The notes under the pieces: generated by a model
The model's input: the letters and a program-made list of their open reading frames with translations, nothing else
Databases searched by the model: none
Told to the model about the DNA's origin: nothing
From: Oligoflexales bacterium
GTDB lineage: Bacteria; Bdellovibrionota_B; Oligoflexia; Oligoflexales; JAPPIL01
DNA length: 64,000 bases
NCBI GenBank assembly: GCA_965226195.1
Contig: OZ245333.1
Span: forward strand, 1,185,205 to 1,249,204
Direction: 5' to 3'
Made by a program: the position numbers and the translations under genes
Shown here: in pieces, positions 8,153 through 18,887 of the stretch
Layout: each line of letters starts with the position of its first letter
How positions within the stretch are numbered: position 1 is the first letter of the stretch

Positions 8153-9922
8153 ATGCGAGTCGTAACTGTCTTATTTTGCTGCATTTTTGTCTCATGTATG
8201 CCGTTACAGGTGCTATTTGTGAGCAGTGCAGCCGCCGCAAAAGTTCCTGATTACAGGGAATTAAAGATCGACTATCGGCTCGCCTTTGAGAAACGCCTGT
8301 CAACAGATTATGCAGCTCTCGATGAACTTGTCAGTCGCACGCAACTTGCTCTCGACAGAGGCCAGCTTACCGCTGAGCAGCAGGTGGAGGTGCGCCGTTG
8401 GCAACACAAGCTGCGCAGCTTCCTGTCCTTTGCGCTGCTGGCAATGGGCGAGAACGCAACCACTGCTGACATTGCAGGTGAACCACCTGAGGCAGGCAAT
8501 CCTCCGCAGATGGCTAATAGCAAGAAAATACAGGGGTTATCATCTTTGATACTGAACAGGATGCGCAATGCCGACGCGACACGCATTAACCCTGAACAGT
8601 CCAATAGCGAATTTTATCAGCAGGTCAAGGCTGACAAGCACGATAACGAGAATGTTAGCCAGCAGGCAAAGGACAATTTTTCTAGGGCACTGATAAACAA
8701 GTCGTTGGAACTCACAGAAAAGAGTGTCAGAAAATACCATCGCCTATTCCCCTTCGTACAGCAAAGCTATGCCGCGGTCTGCAAGGAAGTTGCCGCGGCA
8801 GACTGTTTGCAGCTGCGTATGCAGGATAGTGCCGACGATTTTCAGGAGCAGCCATTTACCAGCGTCGAGCAGGTTACCGCGGAGGTCAACAAAACGATTG
8901 CCGACTTGAACACCATAATCGCCATGTTGTCGAGTCTCAAAGCCACCAAAGATGTGTTTTTTATCTTCAAAGAGACAGATTTTGACAACGTAGCGGTGAT
9001 GCGTCTCTATCACGCGTACGAGATGACCCTCTTTAACGCGGCGCGGCGTGGATTCTTGCCCGTGTTGCTTGCTCCTACCTTCAGAGCGAGATCTGGCAAT
9101 ATCTATCTCCAACATAAGGGTGGTCTAGACTTCTTACAGCGACTTGGCTTGAAAAAGGACATCGCCCATGCCGCGGGTGAAATAAAAAATCCGCTGTTGA
9201 CGGAGGTCAGCCATACAGCAGTCGAGCAGTCGATTGCCGAAATACAGCGCACCACCATCGTGCGCTGGGTCAAGTTGCGCGAGTTAAAGAGCAAAAACAA
9301 AACATTCTCAGACAAAGAACTCTATCAGTGGAGCATCGTCAACGAAATTTCGACGGCACAAGTTGTCTTGCAAGAGCCAGCCCACAGCATCACCGTTACC
9401 CATCTGCTCAATCGCTATCAGGATAAGAACCGTGACCCGCTTGTGCTGCGCATCATACGGGGTGTGACCGAAGCGGTCGAGATCAGCCTGTTCCCAATCA
9501 TGTTAGGTGGAGCATCGCTGCTGACCTTTATCTATCCCCCACTGGCAGGTGCCGGTTTAGTAGGCAAGGCAATTATCGCCGCCACCGCGGCCAACTTTGT
9601 CTGGGTTGGCGTGGCTGGTGCTAGCACCGCACTTACGCACCAGCGTTGGCTACAACTCGAACATGCACTGTTGACAGGCAGTTCGGAACGCTACGAGGAT
9701 AACTTAAAACTGCTGCGTGAATTTCACAAAACACGCCGCAATGCAATCGTCGCGGGAACGATTGGTTTGCCAATGAGTGTGCCTTCGATCAAATTCGCAC
9801 TTAATCACATGTATGAGGGTAAAAAGACATTACTCATCGATATGGTTGCAGGCATTTTCTCCGCCCGTGACGAATTTGGCTATGAAGGCAAGTCGGATGC
9901 CGACGTGCATAGTGGTCATTGA
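8153..9922 (+). CDS. large secreted/membrane protein of unknown family, paralogue A
   Basis: N-terminal signal sequence and C-terminal hydrophobic segments. Shares blocks LAFEKRL, HRLFPF, FKETDFDN and YQDKNRDPL with the next gene. Confidence 0.6.
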   Translation: MRVVTVLFCCIFVSCMPLQVLFVSSAAAAKVPDYRELKIDYRLAFEKRLSTDYAALDELVSRTQLALDRGQLTAEQQVEVRRWQHKLRSFLSFALLAMGENATTADIAGEPPEAGNPPQMANSKKIQGLSSLILNRMRNADATRINPEQSNSEFYQQVKADKHDNENVSQQAKDNFSRALINKSLELTEKSVRKYHRLFPFVQQSYAAVCKEVAAADCLQLRMQDSADDFQEQPFTSVEQVTAEVNKTIADLNTIIAMLSSLKATKDVFFIFKETDFDNVAVMRLYHAYEMTLFNAARRGFLPVLLAPTFRARSGNIYLQHKGGLDFLQRLGLKKDIAHAAGEIKNPLLTEVSHTAVEQSIAEIQRTTIVRWVKLRELKSKNKTFSDKELYQWSIVNEISTAQVVLQEPAHSITVTHLLNRYQDKNRDPLVLRIIRGVTEAVEISLFPIMLGGASLLTFIYPPLAGAGLVGKAIIAATAANFVWVGVAGASTALTHQRWLQLEHALLTGSSERYEDNLKLLREFHKTRRNAIVAGTIGLPMSVPSIKFALNHMYEGKKTLLIDMVAGIFSARDEFGYEGKSDADVHSGH

Positions 9923-9933
9923 GGACTGTGATA

Positions 9934-11604
9934 ATGCAACTGCTTAACTTTACTATTCTGTGTTTTCTTGCCGCCTGTGCGCCAAATTTTTCTGCGCTGC
10001 ACAGTGCAGAAGACACACCTGACCTGTGGGAACGCGAACTGCATGTCGAATACCAGCTGGCGTTTGAAAAAAGGCTTTACGTCAACCTTGAGGAAATGCA
10101 TGACCTCGAAGCCAAGACCAGAGCTGCGCTACAAGACACTAGCATAGCTACACGCAACCTCGCCGCGGCACAGCAGCACCACCACAAGTTAAAAAGCTAT
10201 CTATCCTACCTCTACATCGCCAACGCGCTGGAGGATTCAGGCATGATAAGAAAAAATCTTACCGCCCTTGTGCTCGACAAGCTGCGCCAGACACCCGCGG
10301 TGCTTATCGATGTGACACACTCCAACGAGGATTTTTATCAACAGGCAGTGTCAGGTGAGTTTAGCACGAAGGATATTGATAGCACCATGCAGCAGGAGTT
10401 TTTTCAAGCACTGCTGGCCACAATCGTAATGATGACAGAGGATACGCTGCGTTTGCAATACCACCTGTTCCCGTTCATGGCGGATGACTTCAGCGCTATA
10501 TGTCGCCGCTATCGTAATGAAGATTGCGCGTGGCTTGCTTCCAACACACAAAGATTGAAATTGCCCAATCATTCTTTTAGTGAGATTGCTCAGGTGACCA
10601 CGCGTGTTAATGACACTGTTGATGAACTGAATATCGCCATCAATACTCTGAACAGGTTGCAAGCTACCAAGCAGAAATTTATTTTTAAGGAAACTGATTT
10701 TGAGAATAAAAAAGTCGTCCAGCTCTATCAATACTATGAGCTAGTGCTGACGAATGCGTTGCAAAGCGGAGTGTTGCCTGTCATGTTTGCTGATGCTTTT
10801 CGTCAGCGTAGCGGCAATGTTTGGCTCAAGCAAAACGGGGTTAGTGCGGTTAACAACAAATTGTTGACCGTGGTTACAGCGATGACGGTTGCCACCTCAT
10901 TGCGAGAAACACAGCAGAATTTGCTCGATGGCTTGGTGCAGCTACGCAAAATGCAAAAAGATAAAGCTCTTCTCCACGACAAGAAAATCTATCAGTGGGT
11001 GGTCAACAACGAAGTCGCGGTGGCACGTGTTATTGCCCGAAACCCCTCACAGGCGTTGGTTGTTGCGCATGTGTTGCACAAGTATCAAGATAAAGCCCGC
11101 AATCCTCTGCTGCTGATGATGGACACGGCAATCACAAAAGTCGAACTCAGCTGTTTGCTGCTGATTGTTCCCGCTCTGGCAGGTGGCGCGATCCCTTCAC
11201 TGGCCGTGTACAACTTGCCGCGTGCTATCGCTTTTGTTGGCACGTTGATGAACTTTCCGTGGATTGGTATGACACAGACAAAACATGTTATTGCCCGCAA
11301 TCGCTACCTGATGCTGGAGCAAGCACTATTGCGTGGCAGTTCGCAGCGTATTACCTACAGTCTGAAGCTGTTGCATGAGATGCAGCGTCTCCGCAAATAC
11401 GCCATTATTTCGGGAGGGCTTGGTCTTGCTATGAGTGTGCCCGCTATGAACTACATTATCAATCACACCGATGTAGGTTTTCGCAACAACCTCGTTGATA
11501 TCGTTTCCAGTGTCTTTGCTGATTACGAAAATTTTACCCTCTTTATGTATGAAAACAGAATTGACATGTCGGAAAGCGAACTGGAAATAAAACTAGGACA
11601 CTAA
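9934..11604 (+). CDS. large lipoprotein/membrane protein of unknown family, paralogue B
   Basis: ATG 9934 has GAGGA 8 nt upstream. Lipobox FLAAC. Colinear similarity to 8153-9922. Confidence 0.6.
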   Translation: MQLLNFTILCFLAACAPNFSALHSAEDTPDLWERELHVEYQLAFEKRLYVNLEEMHDLEAKTRAALQDTSIATRNLAAAQQHHHKLKSYLSYLYIANALEDSGMIRKNLTALVLDKLRQTPAVLIDVTHSNEDFYQQAVSGEFSTKDIDSTMQQEFFQALLATIVMMTEDTLRLQYHLFPFMADDFSAICRRYRNEDCAWLASNTQRLKLPNHSFSEIAQVTTRVNDTVDELNIAINTLNRLQATKQKFIFKETDFENKKVVQLYQYYELVLTNALQSGVLPVMFADAFRQRSGNVWLKQNGVSAVNNKLLTVVTAMTVATSLRETQQNLLDGLVQLRKMQKDKALLHDKKIYQWVVNNEVAVARVIARNPSQALVVAHVLHKYQDKARNPLLLMMDTAITKVELSCLLLIVPALAGGAIPSLAVYNLPRAIAFVGTLMNFPWIGMTQTKHVIARNRYLMLEQALLRGSSQRITYSLKLLHEMQRLRKYAIISGGLGLAMSVPAMNYIINHTDVGFRNNLVDIVSSVFADYENFTLFMYENRIDMSESELEIKLGH

Positions 11605-11708
11605 CCTGAAACCTTCCACAGTTTTGCTAATCTTAAGATCCCGCGCATAATTGCTAATTTTTAAAATTAACTTGTCGATAAATACAACATCAGATTGGTG
11701 TGATATCA

Positions 11709-12395
11709 ATGTATGTTGTGCAAAAAACAGTGTTTTTTCTTTTGTTAGCGGCCACTTGTCTGTCTTGCAAGCAGCTGGGGGAGTCGCGTTTGCAGACGAA
11801 AAAGGGGGCGGAGCGCACGGCAGGAATTGCTGTGGTGTATATCGGTGCTGCTAACTGTCGTCGCTATCTGGCCGCACAGGGGCGTAGTGCGGCAGAAATT
11901 GCACAGGTAATCGACAGGAATAAGAGTTTTGGCAGATATATCACACATCTCGTCGATGGCGATAACGGTGAGTTGATTACGGTTGAGTTTATGCAGGTGC
12001 GCCATAATTTTGACTTGCAGTTTTCAGGTGATCGTTTTTTGCGCAAACTAACTGCCAGTACGGTGAGCATGGCACAGATTGAGGGCAGCTGTCGGCGGCT
12101 GTTGTTGCGGGTCGATTCGGCGGGGGTTGTGCCAACGCTTGAGCTGTTGGCTGGCACGATGCGCAAGCGAGAGCAGGCCAAGCATATGCGGGAGGATTTT
12201 GGCGATGATTATGGTGCAGTGCAGTGCGACGAAGTGTTCTGCACGCTCAGTGCCGTGCGCAGTGCAACTCGCTACTTCAGTTATCTACTGCCCGCGGTGG
12301 ACAAGCTTGTCAAGGTGCGCGTACGCTGGTGTCCTCAGCAAGATTGCAAAGAAACCCACACGGAAACACTTACCGTCACAGGCATCACCCAGTAA
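11709..12395 (+). CDS. hypothetical lipoprotein
   Basis: MYVVQKTVFFLLLAATCLSC signal/lipobox. No recognisable domain. Confidence 0.5.
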   Translation: MYVVQKTVFFLLLAATCLSCKQLGESRLQTKKGAERTAGIAVVYIGAANCRRYLAAQGRSAAEIAQVIDRNKSFGRYITHLVDGDNGELITVEFMQVRHNFDLQFSGDRFLRKLTASTVSMAQIEGSCRRLLLRVDSAGVVPTLELLAGTMRKREQAKHMREDFGDDYGAVQCDEVFCTLSAVRSATRYFSYLLPAVDKLVKVRVRWCPQQDCKETHTETLTVTGITQ

Positions 12396-12440
12396 TGCCT
12401 TGATCGCCCTGTGATACCTTGACCACACCCATGCCTTAAG

Positions 12441-13340
12441 TCACAGTTCGCGCAAAGCCTCCTTGAGTACCCCCTCATCGTGTAGCGGATCGTCGTCGAT
12501 AAATTTACGCAAGAAGTCAGCAGATACGGCAAAGTTTACTTTTTTTGTAATTTTACCAATTTGCAATCTAAGACCACCCCAGCTAACACCAAGCAGCTTG
12601 CCTGTTTCAAAATCGATCAACGCCGCCCCGCTCGATCCCTTAGTCATGTCACAGCTGTGCGCCATACCAAACGGCACTAAACGCCACAAGCCCTTATCAG
12701 GCCGACCTTTAACGGTACAGCCATCGGCAGATACGGCAGTGATAGGAAAGTAGTGCCGCGTGCCGGGCAGTTGGCTGACGCTGCGTGCAGGCGAAGAAAA
12801 ATTGTGGATAACATGTGGATAATGTAGCAAAAAAGCTTCGCGTTGTGCTGGAATCACCCCCTTCCAAAGTGTGAAGGGACGATGCTGCGGCGGCAACTCA
12901 TGCCGCAGGGTAAAGATGGCAAGATCGGCACTGTCATGTGTGCGCAATGAGCCGCGCAAACACCCTCGCCCCAACAAGGGGGCATCAGGCTGAGAAAAAT
13001 TAAAATAAACGCTGGTGCGAGCACAGGCTGAGGCAGGCAACTGTTCTCGTGCCGCGGCAAAGCAGTGCCGATTGGTAATAATACGCGGCTGCTGCTCGCC
13101 TTCCACCGCAGGCAACAGCGAGCCGAAACAGTGCCGATACTTACTGCCCACCACCGTTACCAGCAGTGCTGCAGCACCGAGACTGCGGGTCAAGAGCGCA
13201 GCATCCACCTGCCCCGCTTCCCGTGCCACCGCTACGGGCACAATCTCATTGATCCCGATGATGTTACCCCGCCGTGACAGCGGCTGCCGCTGCGCCTCAC
13301 AGGATAATAACACCAGTAATGTAAACAATAACTTTGGCAT
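12441..13340 (-). CDS. secreted trypsin-like (S1) serine protease
   Basis: His ITNRHCF, Asp DLAIFTL, Ser KGSSGAALID. Start ATG at 13340 (MPKLLFTLLVLLSC) with a G-rich RBS. Confidence 0.75.
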   Translation of the reverse strand: MPKLLFTLLVLLSCEAQRQPLSRRGNIIGINEIVPVAVAREAGQVDAALLTRSLGAAALLVTVVGSKYRHCFGSLLPAVEGEQQPRIITNRHCFAAAREQLPASACARTSVYFNFSQPDAPLLGRGCLRGSLRTHDSADLAIFTLRHELPPQHRPFTLWKGVIPAQREAFLLHYPHVIHNFSSPARSVSQLPGTRHYFPITAVSADGCTVKGRPDKGLWRLVPFGMAHSCDMTKGSSGAALIDFETGKLLGVSWGGLRLQIGKITKKVNFAVSADFLRKFIDDDPLHDEGVLKEALREL

Positions 13341-13638
13341 CAACAAATATACTCCCCCCCTCCGCAAGGAACTATCGGCAATTACAGACAAAATCCGTAG
13401 AAAATACACTATCTGTGTGTTTCTCTTTGTATTTTTTGCTGGTTTTTTTGCTAACCTACACGAGTGCAGCGCAGGGGGATAGCACAAAGTAAGACTTCGT
13501 CGCGTCTATTCCCCCGATTTTAAAATATTAATAATAAACTGAGTCAAGCTCCGCCGCACAAGATGGTGAAAATACCAGACAAGCTACCGCGATAACTGCA
13601 GGCAAAACGCCTTGCCGCTTTGACAAGAAACCACTGAC

Positions 13639-15243
13639 CTATGAATCAGGCTCAATAAAGGCGCGTAGCTTCTTGCTGCGCGATGGGTGACGCAGCTTGT
13701 GCAAAGCTTTGGCCTCGATCTGTCGAATACGCTCTCTAGTAACGTTGAAGCTCTGCCCCACCTGTTCGAGCGTGTGATCGACATCTTCGCCAATACCAAA
13801 CCGCATGCGCAGCACCTTTTCTTCGCGTGGCGAAAGTGTTGCTAGAGTCTTGCGGGTCTGTGCGGCAAGACTGCCAGTCACCACCCGGTCAGAAGGTGTA
13901 GTTTGTGCCTTGTCTTCAATAAAGTCACCAATGCAGTTGTCATCATCGCCGATGGGTGTTTCCAGTGACAGCGGCTCAACTGCGATCTTGAACACTTTCT
14001 TAACTTTTTCGAGCGGCAAGTTCATTCGCACGGCAATCTCCTCAGGAGTTGGATCACGTCCCATCTCCTGCATTAAAGTGCGTGAGGTGCGTATGAGTTT
14101 GTTGATTGTCTCGATCATGTGAACGGGCACACGAATCGTGCGTGCCTGATCAGCGATCGCCCTAGTAATTGCTTGCCTGATCCACCACGTCGCATAAGTG
14201 GAAAACTTGTAGCCGCGCTTATACTCGAACTTATCTACCGCTTTCATCAAGCCGATGTTGCCTTCCTGAATCAAATCGAGGAACTGCAAGCCACGATTGT
14301 TGTAACGCTTGGCAATAGATACCACGAGACGCAAGTTCGCCTCTGCCAACTCTCGTTTTGAACTGCCCGCCCGTTCCTGTGTGAGCTTAAGCTTCGCCAG
14401 TGTGTCTTCTAATTTGTCCGCAGGCAAAGAGAGATTTGTGCAGACACGCTGCATCTCCTCATAGGCCTTGCGTGCCTGCCCGATAACTAAATCGCTGCTG
14501 TTCGCTCGTGCCGCCCGTCCTTCGCTGGCAAACATGGATTCCAGCTCTGCTGTGTTCTGCTGCAAACGCTGCGCACAACTGCTTAAGGCTTGACTAGCTC
14601 TTTTGAATAGTGCCGCCTCCTTCTCAAGAAAAATGATAACAGAGGCAATGAGTTTTTTATTGAGGCCAAGTTCCTGCAACGTGGTGAAAATTTTCTCCTT
14701 TGTAGCCGCAATCGTCGCGGCTTTCTTGGTTTTTTGTAAACTTTTGGTAAGAGTAATAATATCAGCTATTAAGTTGTGTATTCTCGCTAGGTTGAGGCTG
14801 TTATCGTCATTATCGTCATCGCTATCGTAAGATTTGATGAAGGTGCGCAGCACCGCGGTGCTGTTGAGCGACTTATCGGCTGTATCGACAATCTTGCCTA
14901 GTGCCGCGGGAATATCGATCAACTGCCGCAGTAAGTTGATCTCCTCTTCCTCGATTTTCCTTGCGATAGTAATCTCCTGCGCCCGACTCAACAGTGCCAC
15001 ACTGCCCATCTTCCGCAGATAGATCTTCACCGGATCTCTGGAACGAGGCAGTGACGCATCAAAACTGTCCTGTCCCATATACGACCGTCCGCTCCGCTCG
15101 CCAAAGATGAAGGGATCATGCCAAACACTGCGTTCTTCATCACGTGCGGTGGTAAGATCAGCAAATCTTTCACCAGCGTCACCCTCTGTATCACCTGACT
15201 GCCCCTCAGCATTGACAGCGGTCTCCTTTTCGATTTCGCTCAT
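13639..15243 (-). CDS. rpoD: RNA polymerase sigma-70 factor RpoD
   Basis: Region 2 [27 protein letters not shown]. Region 4.2 [33 protein letters not shown] 15243 preceded by AGGAGA. Confidence 0.95.
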   Translation of the reverse strand: MSEIEKETAVNAEGQSGDTEGDAGERFADLTTARDEERSVWHDPFIFGERSGRSYMGQDSFDASLPRSRDPVKIYLRKMGSVALLSRAQEITIARKIEEEEINLLRQLIDIPAALGKIVDTADKSLNSTAVLRTFIKSYDSDDDNDDNSLNLARIHNLIADIITLTKSLQKTKKAATIAATKEKIFTTLQELGLNKKLIASVIIFLEKEAALFKRASQALSSCAQRLQQNTAELESMFASEGRAARANSSDLVIGQARKAYEEMQRVCTNLSLPADKLEDTLAKLKLTQERAGSSKRELAEANLRLVVSIAKRYNNRGLQFLDLIQEGNIGLMKAVDKFEYKRGYKFSTYATWWIRQAITRAIADQARTIRVPVHMIETINKLIRTSRTLMQEMGRDPTPEEIAVRMNLPLEKVKKVFKIAVEPLSLETPIGDDDNCIGDFIEDKAQTTPSDRVVTGSLAAQTRKTLATLSPREEKVLRMRFGIGEDVDHTLEQVGQSFNVTRERIRQIEAKALHKLRHPSRSKKLRAFIEPDS

Positions 15244-15512
15244 GAAAAATTTCTCCTGAAAAATTAGATAGTTAAATAAAAAATTAAGACAATCGTTCCC
15301 ACATGCCGACAAATTCTGTGGCGGTAGCGTTTCACTGTTGAAACTGTGATTGTTTAGAAAATGTTAGCTTATTATTAGAAGAGAGTCCAGAAAAAAATGT
15401 TTTATGCGATAAAAATGTCACAGCTCTTGATGTTTACTAGACTGGGTGGTTTTATTTGGAAAAGCAATTTTTGAAAAATAAAATAATTGGTTTAAATTTC
15501 TTAACTTTTACT

Positions 15513-15989
15513 ATGAGTGTCAATTTAAATTTTTTTTTCATACCTCTTCTTGCGTTTGCTTGCCTGTATAGTTGTAACCGCGGCGGGCTTGGCAGTGGTA
15601 GGGATGACACGTCACGCTCCGCGGGGGTGGACATCAAGGTCAAGAAAATATCCAACTCCTCGCAAACTGTAATGGGCCAGGGGCAGTTGCGAATTTACGC
15701 GGCGTATCCGCTATTGCTGACCTGCACCAACTGCCCAACGTTGGACATCATACTGCCGTTTATCGAAGCTCCGATGGAAACGAACAAGTACGTCTACACG
15801 GCTGATTTTGATTATTCACTGGTCACACAAACAGAAGTCTGTGCCTTGACCCTCAGTGTCGTCAGCAAAAACAACAGTGCCATAAACGCCATCAAGAACT
15901 ACAACGTTTACGTCTGTCCCCGACAGGGATCAACAGAAATATGTGACACAGCCAACGCAGCGCCAAGCTGCGCCCATATTGGGAGGTAG
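15513..15989 (+). CDS. hypothetical lipoprotein
   Basis: MSVNLNFFFIPLLAFACLYSC lipobox. Immediately upstream of the vWA gene. Confidence 0.5.
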   Translation: MSVNLNFFFIPLLAFACLYSCNRGGLGSGRDDTSRSAGVDIKVKKISNSSQTVMGQGQLRIYAAYPLLLTCTNCPTLDIILPFIEAPMETNKYVYTADFDYSLVTQTEVCALTLSVVSKNNSAINAIKNYNVYVCPRQGSTEICDTANAAPSCAHIGR

Positions 15990-15991
15990 CC

Positions 15992-18328
15992 ATGCGTGCG
16001 CTCTTACTTACTACATTACTCATTACCGCCTGTCTCTCCGAAGACGAGGTCAGCGTCAGTCAAAGCGGTGATGTCATTAGGAAAGACTTGACCAATGTCA
16101 ACAGCCATGCCTATATCGAGCAAGGTGAGTGCCTGATCGATATCAAGAGTTCACTTGACTTAAACTCAAACACCTCACTTCCCCCGCTTGCTAACAGTCA
16201 ATGCCTACCTAGCTCAAAGTTGTCATGGCTGTTCAGGGCGAAGAAGGTAGAAGAAAGTATTCAAGCAAAACAGCACATGAAGCTGGCGGTGCTACTCGAC
16301 ACCTCAAGTTCTCTACGTGACAATGATCCGGGTGGAGAGCGTTACAAGGCACTGCGCACCTATCTGCTGGCACTCTTTGACAAAATCAACAGCAATGACA
16401 AGGGTGCTGATGCACTCATAACCTCAGCAGAAGTTCAAATATATCCTTTCAAGTATTGTGATAAACGAACAAGCAAAGTCCATCGCCTAACAGTGGCGCA
16501 GAGCAAATCGCGTTTAGATTTTGAAACAGAAATAGATACCCTGATAGGAACAAATTACACCCACAAAGGAAAAGTCGAAGATGTTGATAAAAGCTTTGAT
16601 AAACTTACCGAATATGGTGCGGTTGGATCGACCAACTATTTGCACTCACTCGCTAAAGCGATAGAATTTTTCGACACAGCAAAGGCTGACGACCTGAAGC
16701 AAGTGCTTATTTTCTCCGATGGTTTGCCGTTTACTTTTAACGACGGCACTGGCAATGGTGCGAATAACACGATCAACCTGTCTGCGTCGGAATGTGGTGT
16801 GGGACATAGATACAATTATGTGAACTTAAGGGCAAAGGTTATCGGAAACACCGACAAAAAGTTTGCCCCCGGTGTGGATATTCAAGCCTGTGTCACCGAC
16901 GAATTTTATCCAAAAAATACTTGCTGGAGACCAACAGCCAATAGTCAGGGGCAGACTAACACAGGCACAAACGTGCCGAAAGCTTGGAGCGATCCACTCA
17001 ATCACGTTCTCGGTATGGTGCAACACAGAGCTGTCATCAATAAAGCCAAAGCAGACCACAATTTTCAGGTTTATGCAGTGCTTCTGCGTCCAAGCAACTG
17101 TGATTCGGTGATAGATAAGTGGGATAAGATTATTTGTAAGGAAATTACCGCGTATCTTGCCAAGCCATTCTTTGAAAGTTTTGCTAGTAACTACGAAGAA
17201 GCTTCAAAGGCGGACGAATTAGCTAAGAAGCTAGAGGCAACACTCGATGCTCAGACGCGACGGATCGATTACAGAAGATACGGCACGGCACACATCAATA
17301 CTCTCAGCAAAGCCAGCAATGTTACCGAAGTAGATAGCAGCACAAAGTGGAACAAAGGCAATCTCATCAAAGTCGGCCGAGATAAGAAGAGCGATACCGT
17401 ATATGAATATAAGGACAACGCACAGAATACCTTGACGGTTAACCATGGCCTGTATGGACGCGGCGGTAGTTTTGAGATTGGCTATGATTTTGAGTTTCCT
17501 GAGGCAAATAGCAAAGGCGTAACTGACTGCCGCAGTGCTGACCCCAGCAAAATTGGCAATCTAGAGGTGAATAAATACAAAGGCAAAGGCTACACCGCGT
17601 GGTGTTTGTTGTCGCCGCGCTGTGACAGAGACGATCAGTGCTGCGATCCCAGCAATATCTATCGGGAAATTACCACTGATGAGGGAGTGCAGCACTGCGC
17701 TAACAAAGGGCATAATTGGCGGTGGAACGGATACCCCAGCTGCGATTGCCAGTGCGATCAAGCTGCCAAAGCAGCTTGTCAAGGCAAGGGTCAGAGTTGG
17801 AACGATGCGACTTGCACCTGCGAGAGCGCGCCTGTGACTACCTCACCAGAGTGCGTGCCAAGTACTACTGTATGTTGCAAGGGTGGCAAAGGGCAAGCTC
17901 AGCCGCAATGCAGTGCGAAAGCTGGAGAAATTTTGGACGTTGCAAACTGTCGCTGTGTGTCAGAAACATCACAGCCCCCCCCAACATCATCAACACAACG
18001 AGAGTGCGACCGTAGCCGCGAATGTTGCGATGGCGATACGGTGATTACATCGCAATCCTGTCCCGCACGACAGACTTGGCTGGGGTTTCCGAATTGCCAA
18101 TGCGTGCGCAAAACAACAACGAATCCGCCCATAGTAGTGCCACCAACGAATCCGCCCATAGTAGTGCCACCAACAAATCCTACCCAGACCAACACTGGTA
18201 CTATGGGTGGCAAAGAGCGTGACAACACCGAAAAAGCCGGCAAGGTGCTAGGTGAGGAGGGCGACCCTGTTCCGCCAATCCCGCTACCTAATCAAGGCAT
18301 TGTCTGGGGTGGGTTCGAGAGCTTCTAG
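15992..18328 (+). CDS. vWA-domain lipoprotein with a Cys-rich modular C-terminal region and a Pro-rich tail
   Basis: Lipobox LLITAC. MIDAS-like LAVLLDTSSSLRDND. Four CC...C...CxC modules. TNPPIVVPP duplicated. Confidence 0.7.
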   Translation: MRALLLTTLLITACLSEDEVSVSQSGDVIRKDLTNVNSHAYIEQGECLIDIKSSLDLNSNTSLPPLANSQCLPSSKLSWLFRAKKVEESIQAKQHMKLAVLLDTSSSLRDNDPGGERYKALRTYLLALFDKINSNDKGADALITSAEVQIYPFKYCDKRTSKVHRLTVAQSKSRLDFETEIDTLIGTNYTHKGKVEDVDKSFDKLTEYGAVGSTNYLHSLAKAIEFFDTAKADDLKQVLIFSDGLPFTFNDGTGNGANNTINLSASECGVGHRYNYVNLRAKVIGNTDKKFAPGVDIQACVTDEFYPKNTCWRPTANSQGQTNTGTNVPKAWSDPLNHVLGMVQHRAVINKAKADHNFQVYAVLLRPSNCDSVIDKWDKIICKEITAYLAKPFFESFASNYEEASKADELAKKLEATLDAQTRRIDYRRYGTAHINTLSKASNVTEVDSSTKWNKGNLIKVGRDKKSDTVYEYKDNAQNTLTVNHGLYGRGGSFEIGYDFEFPEANSKGVTDCRSADPSKIGNLEVNKYKGKGYTAWCLLSPRCDRDDQCCDPSNIYREITTDEGVQHCANKGHNWRWNGYPSCDCQCDQAAKAACQGKGQSWNDATCTCESAPVTTSPECVPSTTVCCKGGKGQAQPQCSAKAGEILDVANCRCVSETSQPPPTSSTQRECDRSRECCDGDTVITSQSCPARQTWLGFPNCQCVRKTTTNPPIVVPPTNPPIVVPPTNPTQTNTGTMGGKERDNTEKAGKVLGEEGDPVPPIPLPNQGIVWGGFESF

Positions 18329-18349
18329 GGTTGTTTTTGAACAAGTTCT

Positions 18350-18808
18350 CTAATCAAAAACCTGCAACGTATTGCTAGCCGCCATCTGCTCAATCTGTGC
18401 CCGACTAAAGACGCGTGAGGAAGAAAAAAGCAGCACACACGACTCGGCACTGTCGTCGGGGAGTGGTTCTTCGATAGTGATTGCCCGCCCGTCAGTGCAG
18501 GCTTTGCGCACGGGTATGTGGCATGTCTTGCCATCAGCTTCGGCGACAATCGGGTTAGCGAATTTTTTCACCCGATAGCCGCGTGCCGCCAGTTCCTTCG
18601 TCACTAATTCGCGATCAAAACGATTGAAACGGATCGCGGTTTGGACGCGTTTTTTCTCACAGCTGGCACAACGCCGCCCGGCCCAGCGCCGCTCCTGTGC
18701 GTCGAGATAGATTTTCGAGCCATCTTTGAGCCGCTGCCCATTCCAGTGCCAGCCAACGAGACAGCCACAGTAAACACACTTGCGGACTTGCTGCTTTGCT
18801 TCACTCAC
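18350..18808 (-). CDS. hypothetical protein with CxxC pairs (possible zinc ribbon)
   Basis: CVYCGC and CASCEKK motifs. No family recognised. Confidence 0.45.
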   Translation of the reverse strand: MSEAKQQVRKCVYCGCLVGWHWNGQRLKDGSKIYLDAQERRWAGRRCASCEKKRVQTAIRFNRFDRELVTKELAARGYRVKKFANPIVAEADGKTCHIPVRKACTDGRAITIEEPLPDDSAESCVLLFSSSRVFSRAQIEQMAASNTLQVFD

Positions 18809-18887
18809 ATTCCAACTCCATACTACTTACTATTATAGCACAGACGATGGCACTAATTGCCTAGTGGGGGGAACGCAAAACGCGAAC

